Shown here: positions 40,352 to 52,570 of the stretch, one piece after another
Layout: every line of letters begins with the position of its first letter
How positions within the stretch are numbered: position 1 is the first letter of the stretch
Notes under the pieces: generated by a model
What the model saw: only the letters and a program-made list of their open reading frames with translations
Told to the model about the DNA's origin: nothing
Databases searched by the model: none
Translations under genes and position numbers: made by a program
DNA from: Octopus sinensis
Taxonomy: Eukaryota
DNA: 64,000 nt
Assembly: GCF_006345805.1 (NCBI RefSeq)
Contig: NW_021833440.1
Location: forward strand, 1-64,000
Direction: 5' to 3'

Positions 40352-40876
40352 TATGGTGGACGCATCTGAAAGGTCTAGAGACAAACATTTTCCACTCTGG
40401 TCAATCTCTCATCAACTTCTTCAAGTATCACTTGAAGAGGAAGGTGAAAGTAGAGAGGGAAGGTTTGTTTAGTGAATGTTTCAAAAAAAGATGGGTGAAT
40501 GTAGCAATGATGGCACGCGTGAATGACGAAGCCAGCTTGAGCATAATCCTATGAACCAACAAAAAAAAAAAAAACGAAAGGAAAAAAGAGAGCCACTTAG
40601 TGTAATGTGTTTTCTTTTTGCATGACACTATTGCCCAAGGTTCCCGTGGTCTTTTCCGTAGGCTTTTCTATCCACGGACAAACCTAATCTGTTTTCCCTT
40701 TTTACATTAACATTTCTGTGATACACCATCCCTATTGATCGTCCCCACTTTTTTTTCCACGATCCGTTTTGATCGGAATTCGACCCACTTTGTTTTCCTT
40801 CTCATCTTCCCCAAAAGAAAAGCTCTACTTTATATTTTGTCCCTTCTGTGTTCAGCCCTGCGTGGCCAATAAAGAA

Positions 40877-40878
<2 letters not shown>
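40352..40878 (+). mobile_element. Tx1/L1-clade LINE 3' end inserted in (TCTA)n
   Basis: WWTHLKGLET...SLINFFKYHLKRK...CFKKRWVNVA, homologous to 46300-46520; ends AATAAAGAAAT then (CTAT)n; (CTAT)n also 5'. Confidence 0.75.
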
Positions 40879-40915
<37 letters not shown>

Positions 40916-40974
40916 CATCTATCTGTCTGTCTGTCTGTCTGTCTGTCTGTCCCTCTCTCCCTTTCATTCTTTAA

Positions 40975-41193
40975 CCCTTTAGTCTTTAAACCGGCCATAT
41001 CTGGCCCAGATATTCTACTTGTCTTATATTCAAACTGGCAATATCTGGCCTCTCACACCTACCCGTCAATGTCATTCTAAATATAAACAATGACATCATT
41101 GAAACCTCAAAGATATAAGATAATGCATGATTAATTCAAAACATTTGAGTGGAAAAGTATTACATTTAACCGAGTAATCTGAACACTAAAGGG
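40975..41193. mobile_element. piggyBac-like MITE
   Basis: TTAA-CCCTTTAGT ... ACTAAAGGG-TTAA. Confidence 0.8.
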
Positions 41194-41683
41194 TTAAATG
41201 AAACTATAGACAAGGGGTAAATAGCATTGCATCAAAGTCTGGTAAAGGGAAATAATTCAAAGAAACCAATGGCATTGAAGAAGGTAAATGACGTAAGGGC
41301 AAACGTACTCAATTTAGTGCTAGCATACGTCTTTCCCCACCGCAGAAAAGATCTTAATGAATTTAAATTTCTTTTTTAGTGAGAAGAGTAAAACAAAAGC
41401 CGTTATTATCAACCGCGATGCAAACAAAAACCAGGTTTTCCTTTATATATGACAATTAATATCGTATTTGAGCTTTCATTCATGCGATATTCCCTTCTAC
41501 CCTGCTACCTTCCAACTATTAGAATAATAAACATTTTTTTCTCTCTTTTGATGGTAGCATAGAAGTAATAATTTATAGCTCAGTGTAAAGAATGGGGGTG
41601 AACGCTCGAATCCACTTAGAGTTCAGTATTCTGTGCTGTATTTATAGTGTCCGATTTGGACACAAACTCAATTTAAATAAATT

Positions 41684-41980
41684 TAGCACGCCGGGCGAAA
41701 TGCTTAGCGGTTTTCGTCTGCCGTTACGTTGTGAGTTCAAATTCCGTCGAGGTCGACTTTGCCTTTCATCCTTTCGGGGTCGATAAATTAAGTAGCAGTT
41801 ACGCACTGGGGTCGATGTAATCGACTTAATACCTATGTCTGTCCTTGTTTGTCCCCTCTGTGTTTAGCCCCTTGTGGGTAATAAAGAAATAGGTATTTCG
41901 TCTGCCGTTACTTCTGAGTTCAAATTCCGCTGAAGTCGACTTTGCCTTTCATCCTTTCGGGGTCGATAAATTTAGTACCA
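41684..41980 (+). mobile_element. SINE family A partial dimer
   Basis: Central domain twice. Confidence 0.85.
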
Positions 41981-41981
41981 G

Positions 41982-43582
41982 TAACTGGTACTTACTTCGT
42001 GAAGTGGCTTTGGTATTCAGCTCACGATCTTACAGTCCTGAGTTCGATATCTGACGGCGCGTTTCACGTTACTCCAATCCACCCAGCTAGCAAAAAATGG
42101 GTAGAGCCTGTAATTCTAAAAAGCCCGGCTTTGTCACATTCCGTGCCACGCTGAATCTCCTTGGGAACTATGTTAAAGTTACACTTTAACGATTTTGCCA
42201 GAGCACTAGCTGCATGTTAATAAATGAATAAATAAAAAGCGAGTAATGTTACCTTCTCGAGTCATAACGACTCATAAGGGCCGGTTTCCCGGTGTATAAA
42301 TTCCCCACCTGGACGGGACGCTGGTCCCTCACAGGTTTACTCCTTTTTCTTTTTGCCAGCTGAGTGGACTACAGTAACGGGAAATGAAGTGTTTTGCTCA
42401 AGAACACAACGCGTCGCCCAATCCAGTATTTCGTACGGATTTATGTTCTGAGTTCAAACTCTGCCAAGGTCGACTTTACCTTTTATCCTTTCAGAGTCGA
42501 TAAAGTAAGTACCAGTTCAGCACTGGGGTCGATGAATTCAACTTACACCTCCACCGAAATTGCTGGCCTTGTCAAAATGTGGAATTATTATTTAAAAATT
42601 TGTTAACAACAGGTAAGGTTTTACTTGGTAAATATGAAACTAACAGATGTTGTATTGTAGAATTATGCTACCACGTAGCTAGGCTCCGTTTCTGCCAACA
42701 ACCAAATTATATTTATAATCGGAATTGGTGAGGAACATTTTTGTATTTTTAATTCCTAATTCAGAACGAAGTCTGGCCCTTTCTTTTCATGTAGAGTTGC
42801 GTGGCTTAGTGGTTAAGATATTGGACTCGTCAATCGAAAGATTGAGGTTTCGATTACTGGACCGGGCGACGCGTTATGTTCTTGAGCAAAACACTTCATT
42901 TCGCGTTACTGTAGTCCACTCAGCTAGCAAAAAGAAAAAGGAGTAAACCTGTGAGGGACCAGCGTCCCGTCCAGGTGGGGAATTTATACGCCGGGAAACC
43001 GTCCCTTATGAGTCGTTATGAGTCGAGAAGGTAACTTTACTCCTTTTTATTTATTTATTTATTTATTAACAAGTGCTCTGGTAAAATCGTTAAAGTGTAC
43101 CTTTAACGTAGTTCCCAAGGAGATTCAGCGTAGTACGGAATGTAACAAAGCTGGGCTTTTTAGAATTACAAGTTTGTTCCTTCTCGAGCGACGACTGGCT
43201 CACAGGGCCGCTTTCCCGGTTTTCTTGGCGTATAGGTTCCCCACCTGGACGGGACGCCGGTCCGTCACAGGTGAGCTGCAAGATGCAGGAGGAAAGAGTG
43301 AGAGAAAGTTGTGGCGAAAGTTCGCCATTACCTTCTGCCGGAGCCGTGTGGAGCTTAGGTGTTTTCGAGCATAAACACACACATCGCCCGGTCTGAGATT
43401 CGAACCCGCGAGTCCGCTGCTCTAACCACTAGGCCACATGCCTTCACAGATTTACAGGTACTACCCATTTTTTCCTAGCTGGGTGGACTGGAGTAACGTG
43501 AAACGCGCCGTCAGATATCGAACTCAGGACTGTAAGATCGTGAGCTGAATTCCAAAACCACTTCATAAAGTAAGTACCAGTT
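41982..43582. repeat. Inverted duplication of a two-SINE composite (41982-42419 vs 42863-43582)
   Basis: Same SINE-SINE junction and spacer on both strands; right arm has an extra SINE at 43171-43445. Confidence 0.85.
43171..43445 (-). mobile_element. SINE with C head and V-domain tail
   Basis: TGGCCTAGTGGTTAGAGCAGCGGACTCGCG head; GACGGACCGGCGTCCCGTCCAGG body. Confidence 0.8.
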
Positions 43583-43659
43583 GAGCAGTGGTATTATTGT
43601 AATCGATTAATCGCTCTCCCCTAATAATTTTCTGCCTTAATGCTAAAATCTGAAACGAA

Positions 43660-44022
43660 TCTCCAGCCCCTCCCTTCGATGCTTCTACAATGACGCTTAA
43701 GGTGGTTCAGTCATGCGGCCCGGCGTCCAGAAGGTGAGCTGATTCGCGATGTCCTCCTCCCACCTCTACTTCCCAGCTGGCGCAAACGCACGGGCGGGCA
43801 GCTGAAGACCTGGGCAACGACGATAAAGGAGGACCTCTCTGAACTCTCAGGTTCGCTGGTGGTCGGTCTGTGTAGATGGAACCGCGAATGGCTCGCTATC
43901 TCCAGTAACCTCGCACAGGACCGTCGAGCGTGAGCCGCCATGGTTCGTGATGCCGTCAGGACCAGAGAAGAAGACGGCTCAACCCGCCCTGAGTGAACTC
44001 CGACACAAGTACAAGTAAGTAA
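43660..44022 (+). mobile_element. RTE-clade LINE 3' end
   Basis: RLRWFSHAARRPEGELIRDVLLP...WRKRTGGQLKTWATTIKEDL...LAQDRRA*; tail CAAGTACAAGTAAGTAA. Confidence 0.8.
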
Positions 44023-44956
44023 AATATGAAACCATTAATAGTAATTTGTTTATCATTTACGTTTCGTGTCATTTCTTCTCTTCAGCAGTGAAATGGTTAA
44101 TTTTTACTTCTTTGAGTATGTTTGGCAATAGAAGCAACTATGTTTGTATTAAAGTAGGGTAATTAGGTTTTTTTAAAAAAATTAAGTTCCACGAATTATC
44201 TCCCCCTTTGTTTGTTACTTTGGATTGCTGCTAGGTGTTTGTTTTCTTTCTCAATGGAATTCTAATTAAGATTTTCTATTTACTTGCGTCTTTCACTACG
44301 TTAAAACCCAAAAGATTCAAGCAAAATTTCTGTAGGTAATTCTTTTAGCTTGACCCTAGGTCAGTCTTGACTGAATAAAGCCTTATGATTAAAAACATTC
44401 CAACCGTAACCATATCGCCTTTCTACGGCTATCTAGGACTACATTTACTAGTGTGTTCTTTGCGTAAGACGATGAGGGAGGGTATGACTTGAGGCAGTGG
44501 CCGCTACTATTTCTAGTAGTTCGAAGCTATCATATTGGGGTTCGGTCGGTCATTGGCTCGTAGATACATGACTGTCGTTTGTGCATGTCATCAGTGGATT
44601 GCTTCAAACAATGTGCAACAACAGCAACAACAACAACAGCAGCAGCAACAACAACAACAACAATCCACTAAACGACCAACGTAAAATTGTGTCTGTCTTC
44701 CCAGTTTTTCCCCTTAAAAACAAAGTCCGTGTTAAGTCAAATGAAATAAATATTCTTAAACCGAAGCGATAATTTGAATAAATCGGCCATTTAAAATCGC
44801 GTGCATTTTCATTGATTCAATGGTCGTAAATGAGAAAACTCCCACACACGCACGCACGCACATACACCCACATACACACACACACACACACATACACACA
44901 CACGTACATATGGACGTAAGTACATATATACGTGCATACGTAGCTACGTGCATACA

Positions 44957-44992
<36 letters not shown>

Positions 44993-45556
44993 TACACCAC
45001 ACACACACATATACATATATATATTTATACACGTGCATACACATATTTTGTACGTACATGCATATGTACGCATGTGTTTGTGTTCGTACATCTGTGTGTG
45101 TGTGTGTGGTGTGTACGTCTGTGTACGTCTGTGCGAGTGGTGTGTACGCCAATATGTGTGTCCAATGACCGATTTTGTTATACAACTCCGGCACCCCCTT
45201 AAGGGCCTTTTGTCCTTCATGTCCTTTTTTTTTTTTGTGATTTCAGATAAAACTCCCGAGTCTCCTTTCGTTCATTGATCCACCTCGAGACATAAAAAAA
45301 TCAACAAACAATGAAATAGACACAATAGCAACAAAAAGGAATAGCTGTGTGGTAAGAAGCTTGCTTCCCAACCGCATGGATCTGGGTTCAGTCCCACTGC
45401 GTGGAACCTTGGGCAAATGTCTTCTGCCCGGGCCGACCAAAGTTTTGTGAGTCGAATTAAGTAGACGGAGACTGAAAGAAGCCCGTTGTATATATGTATA
45501 TATACAGATGTAAACAAATATTTTTTATTGGAACCGTCGAAATGTGTATTGTACAA

Positions 45557-45992
45557 TACAAATACGATGATATTGTTTTGGATGCAGAGTTGCCGTTAGA
45601 ACAACAGAAATATTGGGTAAATTATCATTAAAAGGCGGAAAAAACTTGTCAACAATCAGCCATAGGACTCGAACACATCCCTCAAACACTCAGGCTGAGT
45701 GATTTACCATTAAGCTAAACTGCTCGCTGACAAATTCATCCGCTGAATTGGAAGCTATATATTTTAGCTTTATAGAACAACCATGTATATAGCATCTAAT
45801 TCGGTAGATGAATTTCACAGTAGGCAGTTTAGCTTAATGCTAAAGCACTCAGCTGAAGTGTGAGTGGGATATGGGTTCGAGTCCCATGACTGGTTGTTGA
45901 CAAATTTTTCCGCCTTTTAAGGGTAATTTTCCCAGTATTTCTGCTGTTCTAACGGTAACTCTGCGTTCTAAAAAATATCATCTTATTTATAT
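45557..45992. repeat. Imperfect palindrome of two divergent tRNA-like units
   Basis: ~200-bp arms; TAGCTTAATGCTAAAGC and GGTTCGAGTCCC (A/B boxes) at 45830-45885, mirrored at about 45660-45720. Confidence 0.85.
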
Positions 45993-46055
45993 CGTGTCTA
46001 TCTATCTATCTATATGGACAATCACCAAAGAACAGGTAATGCTATCGAGAAGCAT

Positions 46056-46529
46056 TACCTGTTCGGGATAAGCTCTACAGCCACGGTTCGAGGCACACCG
46101 GACCGACTTACCCGAGATGCGGTCAGAGCGACGAAACCGTTCTGCACGCACTCGTGCAGTGTCCAACCATTTCGGACCTGTGGGCTTATGCCAAACGGCC
46201 GACAGGCGAGTCCGCCTGTCGGCCGAGTCTGTCGTGAAATTTGCTCCGCCATCTTTCCTCAACCGGGAAGGCAAGGTAGTCTTCATCGTACTGGTGGCCA
46301 TGGTGAAAGAATGTGTGTGGTGGACTCGAGCGAAAGGGTTAGAGACAGACACTTACCTCTCTGACGAATCGCTTATCAACTTTTTCAAGTACAACTTGAA
46401 AAGGTAGGTGAGAATGGAAAGCCAGGTTTTGTCTCGTGAAAGTTTCAAAAAAAGGTGGGTGAATGTAGCAAAGGTGGGTGAATGTAGCGTGCGAGTGACG
46501 AAACCACTTTGAGCATGATCCTGTAAATC

Positions 46530-46570
<41 letters not shown>

Positions 46571-46665
46571 ACTTTGCTCTCATGTGTTTATTCCCTCCCT
46601 GTCTGAGGTTACAGTGGTCTTTTCCGTAGGCTTTTCTTTCCACGGATAAAACTAATCTTGCCTTT
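46056..46665 (+). mobile_element. Tx1/L1-clade LINE ORF2 C-terminus (zf-RVT-like knuckle) and 3' UTR
   Basis: PVRDKLYSHG...YPRCGQSDETVLHALVQCP...LW; KECVWWTR; short (TCTA)n about 40 bp upstream. Confidence 0.75.
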
Positions 46666-47662
46666 TAGTGGCTATTTAAGCAATGATTAATGCGTTGAAT
46701 GGGTGCTGTTGAAGGAGAAAAACTCCCGACATATGGCATATATGCCCGTTATCCATTTTACATCCTATCTATGTGTTTATGTGCGTGTGTTTGTGTCTGT
46801 GTCTGTGGGGCTTTAAGTGTTTTCGCTCAATAAACACTCACAACGTCCGGTCGGGGAATCGAAACCGCGAGACCGCTGCCCTAACCACTGGGCCATTGCG
46901 CCTCCAACATACATACATACTTACATACATACACACACACATACATACATACATACATACGTATATATTCATCTAATTATTCTCAGAAACACTCATATAT
47001 ATATATATGTGTATGTGGGTGTGTGTGTGTGGGTGTGCGCGTGTGTCTGTGTGTGTGTGTGTGTATAACATCCCACTTGTTCTCTACTTTCACATGAATG
47101 GATATACTTGGACGAGATTACGGCGTGGCTGTAATTTAATAAGTTGAACAATCTTTGTTTAAATGACATATATATTTCTTATGGTATTAAACTTCTTGCG
47201 AAGCGGTTCACCACTTAGCCGGTTCACTTAATCCTTTTGGTAGAGAGATGCAGGGACATCGAGATATTAATTAAGACATATCTTTGATAAAGTGGAATAT
47301 AAACATAATCGATTAAACGCTTTTTGTTGTGAGGTCTGAACACCGATTAAATTTTGCGTGCTTCAAGAATCTGTAGACGCTGTCGAGTACACGCACGAAT
47401 ATCATTGCCGCCCATATCTTGATAAAGAGACAAGTTTAATCTGAAAATCCTTTTGATCGAACCAGCGTTAACTGACTAAGTCAGCGATTTAGAATCTTCC
47501 ATTCGTAATCGTGTTGGCTTATTTTGGTAAATCTGTAATTCTCTGCGACCTATTTTTAGATATCTTCAGTGCGACGGACTTGATGTTCAATAATTTAAAC
47601 CAAAATGAGCTAATCGAAATAATTCAGGGGTCAGAGGAATGTATATGAACAACAAAGACAAA

Positions 47663-48047
47663 TACGGTAGAACCTCGCAGTACGAGTACCCCATTGTACG
47701 AGTAATTTGCTGTACGAACCGAGACTCGTGCGAATTTTTATCTTGAAGTACGAGCAGAAATCCCCAGTACGAGCACACAAATCATTCCCTCTTTAAGGTA
47801 ATTCAGTTAATAAAACCAGTTTACATATTTCTTTTGCATTCTCATTTTTATAATTGTCATTTTACTTGTAACTACACCTTTTCTGCTTTAAAAACCAACA
47901 AAAAATATTTTTGAGTGGTTTTGGCGGGGCTGGACTGGATTAATTATACTTTAGTTAATTTCAATGGGGGAAATTGATTTATAAAACGAGTAAATCGTAA
48001 GACGAGCTTGGTTATAGAATGAATTAAACTCGTACTGAGAGGTATCA
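47663..48047. mobile_element. Tigger/pogo-like MITE
   Basis: TA-CGGTAGAACCTCGCAGTACGAGT ... ACTCGTACTGAGAGGTATC; internal GTACGAG repeats. Confidence 0.65.
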
Positions 48048-48549
48048 AATACTATACAAGGTCTTGATTTGTTAAAATTATTTTTGCTTCGAAAGGATGT
48101 ATTACAATTACAAAATAACAATTAAGACCAATTTTATTTGAGAAGGAATAATAATCTGAAGAATCAGATGTTCTCTGAGTGGACACACCGCGAGGAAAAA
48201 GGACCAGATGCAAACCAGATACAAAAGCAAAGTATACGTATATACATGAATGCATATATGAATGTGTGCATGTCTTTTTATGTGTATGTATGTCCTCCCC
48301 ACCGCTTGGCAATCGGTATTGGTTTGTTTACGTCCCCGTAACTAGATAATTCGCCAAAAGTGACGCCTAGGATAAGTAACAGATTAAAAAGTATATAACT
48401 ACTGGGGTCGATTTGTTCGACTAAAATCCTTCATGACATTGCCCCAGCATGGCCGCAGTCCAATGCCCAAACCTAGTAAGAGATTAAATACAAATGTACA
48501 TCCACTCCTAAACAAATTTTACGTGTTGCGAAAAATAACCTCCATTGAC

Positions 48550-48597
<48 letters not shown>

Positions 48598-48919
48598 ACC
48601 TATTTCCCCTTTCGACACCGCTGCCCCTCTTTTCTCTATCTCCCCTGTTCTAATACTCAACCAAATTCTTCACGCTACTTAATGATTGAAATGTTTAATT
48701 AATAATTTATTTTCACCAATTTCCTTTTTCCTAAATGAATGTTCTACAAAAAATACATTAACGAAAATGGCGAGATTTTAAAATCAATAATCTTCTTTTT
48801 GATTGTGGATATTGCATATTTTTCTCATGGTCGATGAAAACGGATAACTCCCTACCTCTAAATTTAAATCTTGTGCCTATAGCAGTAGGTATTATTGTTT
48901 TTATTGTTATCATCATTAT

Positions 48920-49462
48920 TAAATGAAAGAGCAGCAAACACACTCAAGGTGACGCTCGGGTACAAATATACGAAGCCCAGTATACCTATCATGACTACTC
49001 GTCTGATAAGGGTACACCAAACAGATGTATCACAACCATATGTGCACAACATGGTGACCTCATATCAAGATACACAGCGCATGACCTTACAGGAAGGGCC
49101 CAGTTAGAATTTTCTTCAGGTTGAGTAGCCCATCCCACTCAAAAGGTCCCTGAATAAGGGTTGTTTAAAGATGATGACAGAAGTACCCGTGTTTTCAAAG
49201 GTGAATTAACCAAACCCCAAAGAATTCCTCTCAACACATGGCTATGATGCTTCCCCACTACTTCTGCTCGTGATTACATATCGTCAGCCACCAAGGACAT
49301 GCTCAAATGGTTAAGGTCAAACAAGTGACAAGCAAATCTGCGGTATTGAGCAGAATATTTGCTGTAGCCCATCTTTTATACCAAGACAAAACAATGTACA
49401 TGATAACACTTCCAATCAGTTAAGATCAAAAGCCACGAGAACCACTGCTTGGTACTGCATCA
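48920..49462 (-). mobile_element. Unclassified interspersed element flanked by (ATT)n-like tracts
   Basis: GC-richer 540-bp block between ATT/ATC tracts; single copy in window, so class and strand are tentative. Confidence 0.35.
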
Positions 49463-49568
49463 AATTATTATGATTATCATTATTATCATTATGTGATGAA
49501 ACCTCACAGCTTATTTTGCTGGGTATGATGGAAAGTGTCAGCTGTCCACAGTCAGCAGACTAAAGTGA

Positions 49569-49617
<49 letters not shown>

Positions 49618-49619
<2 letters not shown>

Positions 49620-49857
49620 GACAAAGAGCGCGATTCGATTGTAATAGATATTTTATTGGTTGAACGATATTTCAAGAGTAAGTCTGTCTTTGTCAAGTTA
49701 CAAATCAGAAATGATAAAAATTCAAAATTATAAAAATTTCTATAATTTTGAATTTTTATCTCTTCTTATTTTGAACTTGACAAAGACAGACTTACTGTTG
49801 AAAGAAATATTGTTCAACTAATAAAATATCTTACAATCGAATCGTGCTCTTCGTCTT
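49618..49857. repeat. Fold-back palindrome (~115-bp arms), each arm with a variant hammerhead-like motif followed by AATAAA
   Basis: Right arm TTGAAC TTGACAA aGACAG actta CTGTT GAAA(gaaa) TATT GTTCAA at 49771-49817; mirror at 49660-49703. Confidence 0.85.
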
Positions 49858-49898
49858 GACTGTCTACCTTTGTGAAGGGTTACGTTAGTCCTTTTAAA

Positions 49899-49941
<43 letters not shown>

Positions 49942-49950
49942 TATTATTAT

Positions 49951-50234
49951 TCAGTAGTTTTATTTTTTATAGCGTGCTTTCACTTCACTACCGAGCGCAG
50001 CTCTGTGTGCCTTGGGTATGTGCTGTGATTTGTTGTGATGCTCTGATGGTTATTGTATGGAAAGTGTTCTGCGTAGGATGTGTGCAGTGCCTAGTAGTGC
50101 AATTTTCTGTATGTTATATGTGTTTGTAAGTCCTGGTGTTTTTGTTATGTATTTGTCTGAATATTTTTTTATCATGCCTAATGCACCTACTATGATAGGA
50201 ATTGTTTGTGTTTAGATTCCACATTCTGGTTACC
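49951..50234 (-). mobile_element. R4/Dong-clade 3' fragment inside (TAA)n
   Basis: TIPIIVGALGMIKK...IQKIALLGTAHILRRTLSIQ*; (ATT)n on both sides. Confidence 0.85.
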
Positions 50235-50269
<35 letters not shown>

Positions 50270-50962
50270 CGCCAAGGTCGACTTTGCCTTTCATCCTTTC
50301 GGGGTCGATGAAATAAGTACCAGTTACACACTTGGTCGAAGTAATCGACTTAATCCCTTCCTCCAAGCTGCCCTTGTGGCGAAAATTTAAAATCATTATT
50401 ATTGTTTGCAATTCCTTTGCTAAATTCGTCCTATTCTCGATAATCAAACGACGGAAATTTTGCAGCTTGTAAGTACAAACAATTTGATTAATTTAATGGA
50501 GAGAAAGTGGAACGGTAAAACTCAATACAATGGTTTTTATTTTTGCCAAAAAAAAAAAAAGAAGAAAAAAGTGATGTCCAATGGCCCTAAGCGTAAGAGC
50601 ACCGAATTCAGCAAATAATCAATTTAGAATCCTAGGGTTGGATTATGACACGGTTCTTTTGTTCACAATAATTGGAGCGTGGGATGATTCTGCTAAACCC
50701 ATTACTGAAAAGAAAAGAAAAAGAAAAAGAAAAAAGAAGGAAAGAAGAAAAAAAACACACATACAGAAAATTAAATTGTATGTTAAATAAAATAATGAAT
50801 TTTAAAAATTTGCAATCAAATTGTTGAAATGGTTTCAGTTTTTATGGTTTACAAATAAAAGGAATATTTATGACATCCGGTCTCGTAGAATCCACAGCCC
50901 CAACGTCATAATATATTTATATTTTCCTTTTATTAATTAATGATGCGTTAATTAATTAATTA

Positions 50963-51005
<43 letters not shown>

Positions 51006-51019
51006 TAATAATAATAACA

Positions 51020-51610
51020 CAGTGAGCTGGCAGAATCGTTAGCACCCCGGACAAAATGCTTAGCGGCATTTCGTCCGTTTTTACATTCTGAGTTCAAATT
51101 CCGCCGAGATTGACTTTGCCTTTCATTCTCTCGCGGTCAATAAAATAAGTACCAGTTGAACACTGGTATTGTTGTAATCGACATGCAATCTTCCCGGAAT
51201 TGCTGGCCTTGTGCCAAGGTTTGAAAACCATTAATTAGTAATGCATTATAAACGTTCGGTTGGCAGATTCGTTAGAACGTCAGGCAAACTTCCTTACGTT
51301 TTTAATTCCGGTTCAATGTTTTGCGTTCAAGCTCTACCAAAGTCTACCTATCATTTTGTCATTTCGGGACCGATAAACTAAAACACCAGTCGAGTACTGG
51401 AGGTGATGATATTGGTTTCAATTTACGGTACAAGGCCAGCAGGTTCGGGGTGTGGGGGGGGGGGGTCAGTCGATTACATCGATCCCAGTACTGAACTGGT
51501 ACTTATTTTATCAACTCCGAAAGGATGAAAGGCAAAGTCGACTCTGGTAGCGTTTGAACCCAGAACTTAAAGACGGACGAAATAAATGCTAAGCATTTTG
51601 TTCGGCGTAT
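51020..51610. mobile_element. SINE family A copies (51020-51225 +, 51255-51410 + old, 51425-51610 -)
   Basis: Head and central-domain homology. Confidence 0.75.
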
Positions 51611-52012
51611 TGGAGGTGACAATATCGATTAACGCATGCCACCAGATTTTACGGCTTTGCTCCTTTACTAAAAATGATTAATGTTGATAATTAATGTTCC
51701 TTTGCTACAAATGGTTAATGATTAATGAGTGTTGCCGATGTTTTGTTTCAATATTATACCGTTTATACTTTACTTGTTTCAGTCATTGGACTGCGGCCAT
51801 ACTGGGGCTCCACCTTGAAGGGTTTAGTCAAGCACTTATTTTTAAGTCCGGTACTTATTTTATCGGGTTCTCTTGCTGATCTGCTAAGTTACGGGGATTT
51901 AAACAAAACAATACCCATTGCTAAGGGATGGGGGCAAACAGAAACATAAGACATCCACAGCTAATGTTTTAGTAGTAGTAGTAGTATGTAGCAGACAGTC
52001 GCGATCACCTTG

Positions 52013-52570
52013 TCTGCGTATAAATAAGTTCTTAAATCAGATAAATGTGGGATCAATCGGACTAGAGTCTGTCTCGTATTGTGATTTCAGTGCAACTGAG
52101 TATCCGCTTTGACTATCAACAGAAATAATTCTTAGAAGTCCAATGCTACAAAGAGCTTAAGTTAATCAGATGAACCAATTTGTCTATATATAATGCATTT
52201 TTGGCAGTTAGTTGGATTAATCATTACATTACTAACGCATTAATGGCGATTTGTTAGAATGTTGTTGTTCTATAGTATATGGCTGTAGATTTTTAACAAC
52301 CACTCTTTGTAACAGATGTAAATACTTGGTCTGTGTATAAAATATCTTTTTAAACAGGAAAAAGGAGATCAATCGGATTAGTGTTTGCGATTTCATTAGC
52401 AAATGAGTACTCTCTTTAACTAGCCAGAGACACTGCTTATAAATCTACTATTACTAATGACGTAAGTAACGTGGATAAATCGATTTGCATATATAACGCA
52501 TTATTTGAAGCTAGCTGGATTAACAACTAGATTACTGGTGCATTAACTGTATATTTGTTTACAATCTTTT
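52013..52570. repeat. Old two-copy tandem duplication, period ~315 bp
   Basis: GATCAATCGGA.TAG, TGAGTA, TATATAA.GCATT, TGGATTAA and GCATTAA in the same order in both halves. Confidence 0.7.

Noticed and set aside
44052-44092. CTGAAGA...GAAACGTA on minus strand
   Set aside because: Stem II and stem I do not pair; chance match or too decayed to call
49412-49445. U2 snRNA-like words (TAAGATCAA, TTCTCG..CTTTTG)
   Set aside because: The words fall on opposite strands and the rest of U2 is absent
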